A stretch of 64,000 nt of DNA from the human T2T-CHM13v2.0 reference genome, Homo sapiens: the NCBI RefSeq assembly GCF_009914755.1, contig NC_060947.1; one strand, 5' to 3'. Positions 41,061 through 55,402 of this stretch are shown one piece after another. Position 1 is the stretch's first letter. Each line of letters opens with the position of its first letter. The translations under genes were made by a program, and so were the position numbers. The notes beneath the pieces are model-generated. The model saw only the letters and a program-made list of their open reading frames with translations, had not been told where the DNA came from and ran no database searches.

Positions 41061-41506
41061 ACTATCTTCCAGATCTCTAACCTCATAGAGTTTATGGCCT
41101 TCTCAATGAAATGACACACCTATACACCAAGATTATAATGCAGGATAGCATATATTCAACTACCCGGCAGTATGGTAAAGATGGGTCAACGATATAGAAA
41201 TTCAGAGAAGTGAAAGATTACATTTTAGAGTTATGGTCTTTAAGAAAATTCTCATGGCAGAGGATATTAAACGTTTGTTATGTTGCATGACAATGTATTA
41301 ATTCTATAGTTTAATGAGCAAACTTCTTGGTGTTATTTTCCCACCATACAAAGAGAGGAGGGTATTAGAGATCTAGGGTCTCCTTAACCTCCAGAGTGGG
41401 AACAAATAACATTTTATATATTAGAGGAAGTGAGAAGGGGTTGCCATTCTAAAGATAACTTTGTTTGGGGGAGGAAGCCTCATAGAAAGAATGATAATTT
41501 AGTGAC

Positions 41507-41882
41507 TGTTGTGAATTTAATTGTGTTCTCCTCCAATTCATATGTTGAAACTCTAACTTCTAGTACCCCATAATATGACTATATTTAGAGATAAGGCCTT
41601 TAAAGAGGTGATTAAGGTAAAATAAGGTCTTTAAGGTGGGTCTTAATCCAAGATGACTGGTGTCCTTAAGATTAGGATACAGACACAGAGGGAAGACCAT
41701 GCAAAGACACAGGGAAAGTAGGGGCATCTACAAGCCAAGGAGAGACACTTCAGAAGACACTAACCCTGCCAACAGCTTGATCTCTGACTTCCAGCCTCCT
41801 GAACTGTGAGAAAATAAATTTTTGCTGTTTAGGCTACCCACCCTGTGACACTTTGTTATGGAAGCCCTAGCAAACTCAAACA
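41507..41882 (+). mobile_element. MLT1B-like solo LTR
   Basis: TG...CA ends, with aattcatatgttgaa, catctacaagccaaggagag and gaactgtgagaaaataaattt...tttgttatggaagccctagcaaact. Confidence 0.88.
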
Positions 41883-41889
41883 GACACTT

Positions 41890-42368
41890 AAAATGAAAAA
41901 AATTATTTAGCTCCTGTTTCTGCTGGGCACTTCTTTCGTGTTGGGCTGGCTCAGCTAATGCTGATTGGCTTTGCTCATGTGTTTGAAGTTCCTCATCAGG
42001 TGAAGGCTGAGGTAAAGGCTGAGTTCACTCTCATATGGAAATGGACGGTCTTTCGGCTATGAATCCTAGTTCCCTCCATGTAGGCTCTTTATTCTCCAGA
42101 AGGCTTACCTGGGCTTCTTTGCATGCTTCTTGGGATGGCATGAGCAGGAAAAAAAAAAAGTGAGCTCCATAGTGAAAGCACTTTTCAAGCCTCTTGCTTA
42201 TGTCACATTTGCTAATTCATATTAGCCAACACGGGTCACATGACCAAACCTAGATTAAAGCAGCAGAGAAAATGACCTCTTGATGAGCATAACATCAGAG
42301 TTACCTTGCAAAGGGTGCATGTGTAGAGGGAAGAAAATAATTTGTGGCCGATTTTAAAATTTACCACA
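41890..42368 (-). mobile_element. MLT1G/H-like LTR, probably the host of the MLT1B
   Basis: ttttcaagcctct.gctt.tgtcacatttgctaat...ggtcacatgaccaaacc...tttgtggcc...taccaca. Confidence 0.7.
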
Positions 42369-43539
42369 GAGAAAATAGGCTTTTGGTGTTTCAAATATTT
42401 AAGGGAAATGAACTTATTTCCCACAAATACCTATATCCTTGGAGACTGGTACAAGGACTGTACCAGAAGTAGAGAAAATTTGATCCATGTAGAACATAGT
42501 GCTTTGAATGTAGGCCCTAAACATCTATAGCTTGGGAGTCTTGCTGGTTCCTTGTGACCAAGTTTGGCAGAACAGAGTAAAATTTCCAGGAGAGAATCAA
42601 GCTTCAAGGGACCATGATGGGCAAAATATAAAACTAAAAAATTAAGAAATGCTTTAAGGAGTCAAGCCATAGGATAGATAATGGAGAATCACAGTCAAAT
42701 CAGCATCAGGTAACTATAAGAAAAAGCAACAGGCAAGAATGACTCTTAGTGGGACACCAAAAGCCCCTGAAACTTTAACACAACAATAAGGAGCAAGAAA
42801 GTACTCCTGTATAAACTTTCAAATGTTTGACTTTGAACGTTTCATCAAACTTGATAACTGTGTGCTCAAGCTGGATTGAATTTGATTTAAAATCATAAAT
42901 AAATGTGGTTTATACTGCATTCCAAATATAGTGATAAAAAATTGATACCTACAAGTAAAAATCAATATGAAAGAGAAGGTAATTTCAAACATGGTTAATG
43001 GCACTAAAGAAGACGAAGAGGAATATGGAGTGTCTCTGAGTGTTTGTTGTGTGTATATGTATGAATGAGAGGCAAAAGTGGTACTACAGGAACTCCAAAG
43101 TACCTGAGCAGAAGACATGATACGTATTATGGATCGCCTTAAATGCAAGAACAAGAAGTTTAGATTATATCTGTTTAGCTGTAGGGAGGCACTAAACAAG
43201 AGAAATGTCAAAACAACAACAACATTATTTTAGGAAGATGGAAAATCCCCAAGACTCCTCCGTGTATTCTCAAGAGTGTCAAGAAATTTTCATTAAATAT
43301 CACAAATCAAAATGTAGTTTGATTCCTTTAAATTTAAGATAATAACACCTGCCATTTCGCACTCTTAGGAAGATGTAAGAGACATGACATGAACTCAGAT
43401 GTGAAATAATAGAGATGTGCTGGCTCAGAATTTTTACCTAGCTAATGAGAAACCCAGTCTCAGTTGTAATCGTTGCTTTCATATTTTTTTCAGTGCCTAT
43501 ATGTGCCAAGGAATATGTGAGTCGCTGGATCAATCATGC

Positions 43540-43800
43540 AGCACAATTTATTGGAAAAGTAAGGGCTTGGAGTCACACAGGACTGATTTTTCATTCTGTC
43601 TCTGCTGCTTATAGCGATGACACTTGGACGGTGTTTTTTAAAATCATTTTGTGCATCAGAGTCCTTATATGAAAAATTTAGGAGGGGTAATAATGTACAT
43701 ATCTTATAGCTTTTTGTGATAAATATATGAGAAAATGTATATAAAGCACTTAGCACGGTAAGTACTGGTAGTAGGTATTTACTAAGTGTTAGAGCTAGAC
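43540..43800 (+). mobile_element. MIR fragment
   Basis: ggcttggagtcacacaggactg...atgtatataaagcacttagcacggtaagtactgg. Confidence 0.6.
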
Positions 43801-44532
43801 ACAAAATAAGATGGCATTCCCCCTTATTCTTATCATTCTTCCCACCTGGGCCGAGGCTCACTCCTGATATTACTAATCATTGCAAGAATTCAGACCAAGC
43901 AAAGTGTTCAAATGGGCAGTGACAAGTCAGATTTTGTGTTTGTTCATGCTCCATTGAGAAAGGAGTTAGTTATGGAAGCAGTTACTTGAGAATTCATTTT
44001 TTTTCTCCAAAAGATGAGGTTGTTTCAGACACTTTTTCAAAAACAATTCAGTCTGTGTCCTTGAGACAGTTAATGAGATATGCTAATTTGGTATAAATAG
44101 GTCTGCTATGAATTCTTTATAAGAAAACATCTGCTTGGCTCACTGTGTTTTGCTTTCTAGGGAGGAAGTCAGACTTTAAAGACAATAAGATATGATAAGG
44201 TACAAGACACTGCCTTAAAAAAAACACTTAAGTAACGAATTGTTTCTCAATTCAAGCTCTAGGAGAACTAATGATTAGACAACACAAAGCAAAGAAAGAT
44301 GACTCGTAGAATTCCAGTGAATGAGACACTAGACATGTAGGCAAAAAGGTTAAAAGGCTACAATAACAACTTTGAATAGTTGAGTGAAGTTGGAAAAAAT
44401 CATGCTTGCCTGAGTTAAACCAGTGTAACCCAATGAAACGATGCTGTTTCTAACTATGGCTCAGGGCCCAAAAAAAATTTTGTCCTTGAGAAATATGTCA
44501 AAGAACCATGTTACGAGGTTTTAGGTTTTTTT

Positions 44533-44660
44533 CCCCTCCCCTCCCCTCCTCTTGCCCCACTTCCCTCCCCTCCTCTTGCCCCCCTCCCCTCTCCTCCTCT
44601 CCTCTCCTTCCTTCTCCTCTCCTCTTTTCTCTTCTCTTCTCTCTCATTTTCTCTTTATCC
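44533..44660. repeat. Polypyrimidine low-complexity tract with a short duplication (ccctcccctcctcttgcccc-like, two copies)
   Basis: Directly visible. Confidence 0.9.
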
Positions 44661-45599
44661 CTAATAGCAATTTTTCAGAAGCAGGAACAGCCAAGAAAAT
44701 GAGAAATTTATTTGCTAGCTAAATTCTTGGGAGCAAGACAAAATTGCATTTGTACAGAAGTACAAACCAGAGTTTTTACTTTCGTTTCCCTGGTTTAATA
44801 CAATCATACTAAAGGAAAAAAATATTTAATGCCCTCAGTTGCTATACAGACAATTATAGCTGAGTTGCTTATATGCATCTCATTAGTTATGCTTGTGGAA
44901 GAAACACAGCTTATATAAATGGAGAGAAAAAAGAGTAACCAAGATAGTTTGGTCATTTGAGAAATACAAGCTATAGATGAGCTATCTCCAGACTTCTAAT
45001 GAGAGGTAAAAAGTGAAGCTAGATATCTAACTCTGCTGGGAGAAGCAATAATGCCCAATACAAGGTTTAAAGCAGTGGGTGGGAAACTAAAATGCTTCCA
45101 ACCCTCAGACCCAATGATGTCCACTTACCCACAAAAAGAGCTCCCTCACACATCTATCATACTAAACTATGGAGGAGGAATGATCAGAGATAAGAAGGAC
45201 TAAGAAATCAAGAACAAAGGATGGAAGATACTGAGTAGAGAAGATAGGAAAGAAAGAAATAAAAAGAGAAAGAAGTCAAGAAGAGGATGGGATGGGAAGA
45301 AAATGGAACATGCAGAAGAGGGAAGAGAAAAACAAGAAAGAATTGTGAAACAGCAAATAAAGAAGGAAAACTGGGCTAATCTGGAATTATTACATCATTT
45401 AGTAGCAAGAGAATGAAATTCAAGCCTCTTTGTATTAAAACACAGTACCAAGGTATACAAGGCCCTGTATGCTGTCACCCTTTCCTACCTCTCCAGCCTC
45501 ATTTTTGTACCTCTCTCCATGGGCTCTAGCTGCAGTGATTTTCTTTCAGTTTCTCCAACATACTTTGCTATTGACTTCAAAGGCCATTTAGTGACATAT

Positions 45600-46100
45600 T
45601 ATGTACTTTAAAGATATATGGGAATTTTTAGGCATCATTTTGTTATTGGTGTCTAAATGATCTAAATGAGAGAACATAATTTTATATGGTATTATTAGAT
45701 GTAAATAAATTTTATTCATAATTTCTCACATGGTCAATTTCTATAAGTGATGTCTAAGCATGAAAGAAGCATACAAATTTTTGACATAAATATGAGTTTA
45801 CAAATATTTTTGGATGTCCTCTGTTTGTTTGCCATTTCTCTGCCTGATATATCAGCTTTTGAGAGGAGTATGTTAAAATCTCTAACTATGGTTATAAATT
45901 TATCAATTTGGCCCAGCAGTTCCATCACTTCTTTAATTTTGAAGCTACATTTTAGGTATATATATATATATATTCCTGATGGCTATATTTTCTACTATTT
46001 CTACTATATTTTCTACTATATTTCTACTATTTCTATCACAGCACCCATTTTTTTCTTTATAATATGCAATGCCTTGAACTACATTTTTATAGATATTAAT
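45600..46100 (-). mobile_element. Very old L1M(E) endonuclease-region fragment
   Basis: The antisense reading GQIDKFITIVRDFNILLS resembles the L1 EN motif GDFN. Confidence 0.65.
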
Positions 46101-46104
46101 TTTG

Positions 46105-48967
46105 AGCCTGGAAATTAAACAACACACTACTAAACAACCAATAGGTCAGAGGAAAACAAAGGGGAAATTTAAAAAAATCTTAGCATGAAGAAAAGTGGAA
46201 AAACAATCTATCAAAATATATGGGATGGATAAAAAGCAGTTCTAAGGGGGAACTTTATAACAATAAATTCCTACATTAAGAAAGAAGATATCAAATAAAC
46301 AATCTAACTTTATACCTCAAGGAACTAGAAGAAAACACTAAGCCTCAAATTAGCAGAAAGGAGAAAATAATAAAAATTGGAATAGAAATAAATTAAATAT
46401 AAACCAAAGAACAATATAAAAAGTTAATGAAACATACAGTTGGTTTTCTGAAAAGATAAAAAATAAACCTTTTGCTATACTAAGAAAAAAGAGAGAAAAT
46501 TCAAATAAATGAAATCATAAATTAAAGATGAGACATTACAGCTGATGTTTCATAGATGAAAATGACTATGACACAACTATGAACAATTATATGTCAACAA
46601 ATTGGAAAGCCTATAAGAAATTGATGAATTCCTAAAAATGTACAAATTATCAAGACTGAATTATGAAGAAATAAGAAATCTGAACAGACAAATAATGATT
46701 AAGAAGAATGAATTAGTGATTTTTTTAAAAAGCCTCCCAACAGAGAAATGCTCATGACCTAAAAGCGTCACTGGTGAATTCTATCAAACATTTAAAGAAG
46801 AACAAATATCAGTTCTTCTCAAAGTCTTTCAAAATTTGAAGAGGAGGAAAATCTTACCTAGTTATTTTACAAGGTTAACATTACTCTGATATGAAAGCCA
46901 GAGTAGGATAAAAGCAAGCAAATAAAAGTAGAGACCAATATCCCTAATGAACATAGATGCCAAAATCCTCAAAACAAAACAAAACAAAACAAAAAAAGCA
47001 CTTGCAAACCAAATTCAACAGCACAGTGAAAAGATCAGACACGATGACCAAGTAGGATTTATCCATGGAAGGAAAGGATGTTTCAATATGTGCAAATAAT
47101 TAAAAATAATATACCACATTAACAGAATAAAACATAAAAATCACATGATCATTTCAATAGATGCAGAAAAAAATCATCTGACAAAATTCAACATCGTTTC
47201 ATCATAAAAACTCTTAACAAATAAACTGTAAAATTAATGTACCTTAACACAATGAGGGCCGCATATAACAAGCCAGCCCCACAGCTACATCATACTCAAG
47301 GTGAAAAATTGAAAGCTTTCCTCCAAGATCAGGAGCAAGACAAGGGTGTGCACGCTTGCCACTTCTATTCAACCATAGTCCTGAAAGTCCTAACCAAAGT
47401 AATTAGGATAGAAAAAGAAGTTAAAGTCACTCAAATCAGAAGGAAAATTAAAATTGTCTCTGTTTGCAGATAACATGGTGCTATATATAGAAAACCCTCA
47501 AGATGCCACCAAAAAACAATTATAACTAATTAATGAGTTCAATAAATTTGTAGCATAAAAATCAACATAAAAATCAGTTGTGTTTCTGTACAGTAAGAAT
47601 GCACTGTTCAAGAAAGAAATTAAGAAGATAATTGAATTTGTAATAGATCAGAAAGAACACAATGCTTAAAATAAATTAAACCAAGGAGGTAAAAGACCTA
47701 TACACTGAAAACTGTAAAACACAGATAACAGAAATTGAAGAAGACACAAACAAATGGAAAGATATTCCATGTTCATGGATTAGAAGAATTTATATCCTTA
47801 ATATCTCCATATTACTCAAATCAACTCACAGACTCAATGCAATCCCTATCAAAATTCTAATGGCAATTTTTAACAGAAATTTTAAAAATCCAAGACTTCA
47901 TATGGAACCCACAAAAGGTCCTGAATAACCAAGTGAATAGCCAAAGCAATCTTGGTCAAGAAGAACAAAGCAAAAGGTGTCACCTTAAATGATTTTAAAA
48001 CACACTACATAGATATCTAATTAAAACAGTGTGGTACTACTATAAAGAAAACAGACATATAGACCAATGGAAGAGAATGGAGAGCCCAGAAATAAACCTA
48101 CTTACTTACAGTAAAGTGATATTTGACTGAGAGCCAAAAATACACAATGGGGAAATGCTAATCTCTTCAATAAATGATACTAGGAAAACTGGACCTTTAC
48201 ATTAAAAATAATTAAATTAAACCTTTACACCCCACCATTTGCAAATATCAAATCAAGTGGATGAAAGACTTGAATGTAAGACCTGAAACTCTAAAACTAT
48301 TAGAAGAAAAAACAGGGAAATCACCTCTTAACATTGGTATGGGCAATGATTTTTTTGGGTATGACCCCAAAAGTACAGGTGACAAAAGCAAAAGTATCAA
48401 TCTGAGAAGCTTCTGCAAAGCAAGGGAAACAATCATAGATAACACACGCACCATGGAATGTTATCCATCCTTTAGAAAGAAGGAAATCCTGTCATTTGCT
48501 ACAATATGGAAGAAACTGGAGGACATTGTGCTAAGTGAAGTAAGCCAGGCACTGAATGACAAATACTCCATGATCTCAAAATGTACAGAATCTTTATAAA
48601 TCAGTCTCATAGAAGCAGAGTCAAATGATCGTTGTGAGGGTGTGGGGATTGAAGGAATGGGAAGATTTTGGTCAAGGGGTACAAAGTTTCATTTAGGCAG
48701 GATAAGTAAATTCTGGAGTTGTAATGGACAGACAACATAATTACTATAGTTAATAACACTGTATTGTATACTTGAATTTGCTACGAGAATATATCAAATA
48801 TTCTCACCACATAAATGTTACATACGTGAGTTGATGAATATATTAATTAGCTTGATTTTGGTAATAATTTTACAATGTATACATATATGAAGACATCAAA
48901 ATATTGTGCACTTTAATTATATACAGATTTTATTTGTCAATTTTACCTCAATAAAGCTGGAAAAAAG
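46105..48967 (+). mobile_element. 5'-truncated L1MA9/10-like element with an internal deletion near 48433
   Basis: Degenerate ORF2. The sequence jumps from gggaaacaatca to ccatggaatgttat. 3' end tacctcaataaagctggaaaaaa. Confidence 0.85.
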
Positions 48968-49370
48968 TTAATTTTCTGTTACCCTGTACCTATTTCTCAT
49001 TCTGGTATGAGGCCCACTCTCAGAAAGAGAGAAGATGAAATACAGTAGGAGCAAATAAGTCATTTCTAATCTTTCTCTGTCAGCTTCAAGTATCAAGCCT
49101 TCCTTGCTTTTCCTCTTATTTGAAGTATACTATTTAAAGCCCTTTTATTAATCTTAGTTCTTAGTGTAAACCCACATTCACTCTGCATCTTAGTCTTTCT
49201 CACACTCTTCTTATACCTCATGCCATTCATATATGTGTTTGTTGATATTTATCCTTTTCTTCTTCATTTGAATAATTTCTTTCTATTCATAATTATACCT
49301 TTGAGAGTTCTCAACACTGTTAAATCTTTCTCTTCTCTGGTTGCAGGAAATAGAATCAGACATATCTTTT

Positions 49371-50484
49371 ATTTGGGTTTTTTTTTGTTTTATTCTACTT
49401 GTTTTTTTTAGCTTTTATTATTAATTTTGTGGCTACATAGTAGGTGTATATATTTATATGGTACATGAGATGTTTTGATACAGGTATGCAATCTGACATA
49501 AGCACATCATGGAGAATGGAGTATCCATCCCCTCAAGCATTTATCCTTTGAGTTACAAACAATCTAATTACACTCTAAATTATTCTAAAATATACAATTA
49601 AGTTATGATTGACTATGGTCGCCATGTTGTGCTATCAAATAATAGATCTCATTAATTCCATTATTTTTGTACCCAGTAACAATCCCCACCTCCCACCCAG
49701 TTACCCACTACCCTTCCCAGGTTCTGGTAATTATCATGCTACTCTCTATGTCCATGAGTTCAATTGTGTGAAGACGAAGTTGTCCCCAGTCTTCCCTCTC
49801 CTCTCCTCAGGCGAAAGGAAAAGTTCTCTTTGGGAGCTTTTAGCTGTACAGACGGGGGTTAGGGGAGGTGTGCTGCCAGTGCTCCCTTTGCTGCCCCAGC
49901 TGGTGTCTCAGTATGTCACATGCCCCACCCCCTTATTCCACAGTCTCTGGGTCCAGTTTAGCCCTAGGACTTGCCTCAGAGTTGCAGTCCTTATGGCCTA
50001 GATCGTCTTTCAAGTTTACTTGGAGACAGAGCGCTGTAACCCTCAGTGGCAAGGTTTGCAGCCACTCAAGTTCGGACCTCTGGGATTGGTAATTCCCCTC
50101 AGGCTAGGGCTGGTTTAAATGTTCCCTCAGTGGGAGAACATCCACTGAGTTTGTTCCAGTTTTCCTTTCTACTCTAAGAGGACAGCACTGAGTTTAATGC
50201 CTCCCAATTGCTGTGTTCTCACTCCCCGAGCACCCACGGATGCTCTACGCACCATGCCGCCACTGCTGGAGGGCAGGGGGTGGCATCAGAACTGTTTTTG
50301 CTCTCTTCAGTGCCTATTTCAGTGATATAAAATTAAAACCAGGTACTGTGAGTGCTTACCTTATTTTTAGTTCTTAAGAATGTGTTTTTTTTTCTGTGTA
50401 GATAATTGTTATCTTGGTGTCCTTGCAGCAGGGATGATCAGTGGAGCATTCTATTCTGCATCTTGCTCTGCTTCCTCCCTACAT
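49371..50484 (-). mobile_element. Internally deleted L1MA1/2-type element (5' UTR joined directly to 3' UTR)
   Basis: The 3' UTR (~49410-49768) abuts the 5' UTR (~49769-50480). Flanking direct repeat at 49355-49370 / 50485-50500 (14/16). Confidence 0.85.
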
Positions 50485-53029
50485 ACCACACATATCTTTT
50501 TCTTCAAATTTATAAATGTACTTTTCGATAGTTAGCATAAACACACCACTATTTTGCACAGGTGGCACATGTTGAGGATAGCATTTTAGAATATCCTGAA
50601 TGATTATCTCCTGAAAGGAGATAGTAGTTGGAAATACAGTTGCAAGCCAGGGACTGTGGGCTCAGGATAGTGGTGTATCTGGGATTGAAAGAACTCGCTA
50701 ACACACACAGAAAAAAAATACTTTCATTCTTAAGTTTGCTTCAGGCTGGCCTTATGGGATATCTCCTGTTAAAACTGCCCCATTACTAAATAGTGCATCT
50801 AGTTATCTGGGTTTAAAATACACTGTGGGAAACTGTCATGTCAGATTGTTTTCTAAGTTGAGCTACATGCTTCAATTCAGATTGTAGAGGAAGCTCTGTA
50901 GTCTAATGCTGTCAGACACTAGCCTCTGGCTATTCTAACAATTTAGATATTAGACCCATATTCACATTCATAAAATGAATTCAAAAATGCATGCCAATTA
51001 TCTTTTCTTAGTTATGTAAAATGCTATTTCTGGTAGATGGGAAGCTGTGGTTGTCATATTCTAGGGTTGGTTCTTCAGCATAATTTCCTCTCTTCAAACA
51101 GATAATCTACTTACTTATACTAAACTAATTTGCTCTATTCCAGAAAATATTCTATCAGTAAGATTTATTCATAGAGTGAGATATACCAGAAAATTGAAGA
51201 GAATGACACTGTTTTTCTATTCTTGAGGTTTCATCTCATTTCACTTTTACAGAGACTGTGAAATTCAATTCACTGTAGCTTTCACACTTTTTTCTACCAT
51301 TTGCCCCATCTCGTCTTCTGCATTCATATTTCCTCTAATTTCTCCTGGAGATAGAGAATAACAAAGTTGGAGAATGAAGGCAAGAGGGTGGTGGAGGATT
51401 AAGAGTAATTGAGGACTAGAACTATCCAGTTGCTCTTTGTTTCATCACAGTTACTAGCATCAGTGGTTTTCAAACATTATTCTGAAGATATCCCAAGCTC
51501 TCAGGAGAGACTTAGAGTTCCACATAATACCCAAAAATGGGATCTGAGGTTTTAATTTTTAAAATAATGGACATTTGTTTATTAATTCAATAAGTATATA
51601 TTGTGTACCTATTATGCACCAGGCACAATTGTGGAGACAATGTTAAACAAGACCAAAAAGAATCTGGTTTATTGATACACAGTAATTATTCCAAATTGAT
51701 TAAAATACTGCTTATTTCTGCAGAATCATGGAAAGGAGGGCTTCTTTTCATTATACCAGGCATGAACGTAGGAATACAATCCTTCTATCGGGTTTGGACA
51801 ACTAGAAGTGTGATTGGTAGGCCTGGAAGTAGACTAATTACTGCGCTAAACCCTGGACTATGCCTCGTATGTGTTTGCTTACACATACGATCAGATAGTC
51901 TCTGATTCTCTAATTTTCACTTAACTCGAATTGATGCTACTATAATTTTCACCTTCATAGTGCAATCAATACAGTAGGACCCTTTTATAAGGCTGGCATC
52001 AGGAGAGAGTATAAATATCAGCCTCATACCCTATTCTCATTCAGGATGTTACACTTGGAGAGACATGATTTAGCCTACTCAAGTATTGTTGAGTGATTTT
52101 CTTATAATAGAGTTCTAATGTTGAAAGACCAATTCTGAACATTAAATAATTCTTTTTAAGATTCATTTTAAATGTCTAAAGTATATAATTCCAAACTTGA
52201 TGGGACCTTTGGCATTAAGGCATTTAGTGAATAATTCAAAGTGTCTATTATGTCATGACATCAGTGACGTGGTAAGGTGATTTTTCACTTCTGTTTTCAA
52301 AAAGTAACCTGAGGATATATTGTGTCCCCTCCACATCAGTCAGATAACTGGTATCTTTCTGTATGCAGAAATAATACATTGCCATTGCTGCAGCTGAAAA
52401 TATTAAAATGTAAATTACATTCCACCCTGCTGTCAAGATTGTATTAACCAAACTTAAATATACTAAAAATGACAGTATAATAAAATACAGAGTATGATAA
52501 ATCACTGTGCTTCTCTATTTCATATATGTGGAGAGAAAGTTGAATTAAGTGCTTGAATCTCCCTGCCCAAACTTTTCTCAATGTTTCAACGTTAGTAGGA
52601 AAAAAAAAAAAAAAAGAATTTAAATTAGCATCCAGTTCTATCCTTAGAAGATATTCCTTGCTCAGGCAGAAATTATCATCGCAAGTAAAACTAAAATCAA
52701 TTTAAACTTTATATTTTTCATGGGCCAAGTGGGGTTGGGGGTAGGATACGTACTGAAGAATTTAATAGTTGTTCTAAAAGTAGAATATCCAGAGTCACAC
52801 TGATTAAGGAACAGGAATCAATTTTAAGATGTCACCCTTTTCCCCCAAAAATGAGAAGTATAGAAGCAAAAACAAACTTCTACCCATAATCATAATGGGA
52901 AATTTTATATGTAGTACATCATGGCAGATAAACAGATAACTTTTAGAAAATCTGCAAGTGGGCACTGGTTCTCGGCAGCCAAATAAAATATCACTTTAAT
53001 GGATAATAAGGCATAAAATGTTTCTTAAC

Positions 53030-54400
53030 ATATTTAAAATATATTTATGGAGTACCTACTATACGTCTGTTGCTGATCTATTTGCTGAGGAAACAGATGA
53101 ATAATAATGATAGTGACCACCATCGTAACAGTTAGCACTCAAATAATGCTTACTATGTGCAGTCACTCTGCTAGGTGTTGTTTTATACATAGTCTCTCAA
53201 TTACTCTTCACAACAGCCCTATAATTTAGAGACATTTACTACCACTAATTTACTAATGAGGCATGAATGCTGGCTTAAGAGACTTTCTCACAGGTACATA
53301 TGCAGTAAGTGGTGAATCTGAGATTCACACCCAGGAAGTCTGCTTCAGAGTCTGCATTGTCATGAAATTTATATTCTAATTGGAGGAGACAGATAATGAC
53401 ATATAGATAAATGTATTAATCAGCAAGACAGCCTCAGCTATCAATAACTGTTATAAAGAAAATAAAACAGGACGATATACTAAAGAGTCACTGGGGAAGT
53501 AATATTAGACAGGCTGGTGAGAAAAGACATACATTGCATTCAACAAATATTTATTGAGCATGCACTATGTGCCAAAAACTACTAAAAAGAATCCATGGTG
53601 AAGAACTGGACAAATTTCCTATCTTCATGGAACATACATTACGGTAGGGAAGATAATTAATAAAGGATCACAAAAATTAACATGTAATTATAAGTTATAG
53701 CAATAATTTCATAAGTGTTACAAAGAAAATATAAATAAGTGGGATGAGAGATGGTAATAAGAAGAGCTTGTTGTCAAGACTGAGAGTAAAACGCTGGGCA
53801 CGGTGGCTCATGCCTGTAATCCCAGCACTTTGAGAGGCCAAGGCGGGAGGATCACCAAAGGCCAGGAGTTCAAGACTAGCCTAGCCAACAGGGTGAAATC
53901 CCGTCTCTACTAAAAATACAAAAATTAGCCAGGCTGGTGGCAGGCGCCTGTAATCCCAGCTACTCAGGAGGCTGAGGTAGGAGAATCACTAGAACCCGGG
54001 AGGCGGAGTTTGAAGTGAGCCAAGATCGCGCCACTGTACTCCAGCCTAAGCGGAAAAAAAAAAAAAAGATTGAGAGAAAGTGATCAAGGGAAAACTTTTC
54101 TAAAAAATTTCCACTTAAGATGAGTCCTGAAGAAATAATGAAATTTAACCAGATGATAAGAAGAACAGTCCACAGTAAAGGGAGAGAGTAGGTAAAGTCA
54201 CTGCAGCATAATAGAGCTTGCTGCTTTCAAAAAACTGAAAGAAGGCCAGTATGACTAGATTGACTAGATTGTAGAAAGCAAGGAAGGAATGATAAGAAAT
54301 GTCAAAAGATCACGAGTCTGCTGTATGAATAAATGATTGGAAGGAACAAGTTTAGAATTAGGGAGACCCAGTTAGGAAAATATTCCTGTAATTTAGCTTA
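53030..54400. mobile_element. Cluster of L2 and MIR relics surrounding an Alu
   Basis: L2 tail cattcaacaaatatttattgagca at ~53537 and a MIR core at ~53130-53360. Confidence 0.65.
53791..54065 (+). mobile_element. AluS (Sx/Sz-like) lacking ~20 nt before the A tail
   Basis: Dimeric Alu in which ctccagcctaagcgg runs straight into poly-A. Degenerate TSD aagactgagag / aagattgagag. Confidence 0.9.
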
Positions 54401-54744
54401 GGATTTATCTTGCTGCCATTTAAAAACAGGTGTAGATTGGGTCTTTGTTGCTCCATATTATATTATAGCATCGGAAGAGGTTCAAAAAAGGGGGACTCTA
54501 GTAATCTTAAACATGGAGGAGAAAGACAAAGGTTCAAGGGAAAAGAATGCTTTATTTACTTCTGTACTATATCTCCAGTGCTTCAATCATTGTAGATACT
54601 CAGTAATAGTTTGGCAAAGTAAGCTAAATGGAAAAAGCTTGGAGACAGTGAATGCACAGTTGTTTACCAGACTCTGAAATATAAGGCCTAGGGAGATTCC
54701 TCACTTCACATTGAATCTTGAAAACAGTTTATGTAACTCTATGT

Positions 54745-54945
54745 TTCCCAGCTTTTTATGTGCATGAGAATCACCTGGGGATCTTGTTTAAAATGCAGAT
54801 TCTTATTCAATAGTTCTGGAAATGGGCCTTTGATTTTACAGCTCAAGCAAGTTCACAAGTGATGCTGATACTGTTAATCTATGGACCACACTTTGAGAAG
54901 CATTTAACAAAGGCCCAGGTCAACATTAAAGTTTGAGAATCACTG
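54745..54945. mobile_element. MER5A/B
   Basis: gaatcacctggggatcttgtttaaaatgcagattct...ggaccacactttgagaagca. Confidence 0.8.
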
Positions 54946-55255
54946 GTTTCCATGACCTCTAACTAGGCTCTCTTTTAACTCTGGTATTTGATAATTTCAG
55001 TAAGTAGTTTCAAGACAAATCAAAATATTAGAAGTATTAAATTATTATTCACAAAAGAAGAGATTAGCTGAAAATAAAAACTAGTTCAAGGTGAATTTAG
55101 GTAAATTCAGAGGAAAACAGATTCACACATAATGGACTGTTAAAAGAAGGTGGAGATATTCTATAGCTACCTAACCTCTTTGGCAGAAATTATTGCCTGT
55201 GGCAGGGACATAGCACAGCTCTAATTTAATGGTTAAATATTCCATTTGTCTATGA

Positions 55256-55402
<147 letters not shown>

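Noticed and set aside
52248-52505. Hydrophobic 85-aa minus-strand ORF / exon-like segment ~52310-52394
   Set aside because: The hydrophobicity follows from T-rich codons, the donor (CAG/gttact) is weak, and I recognise no homology.
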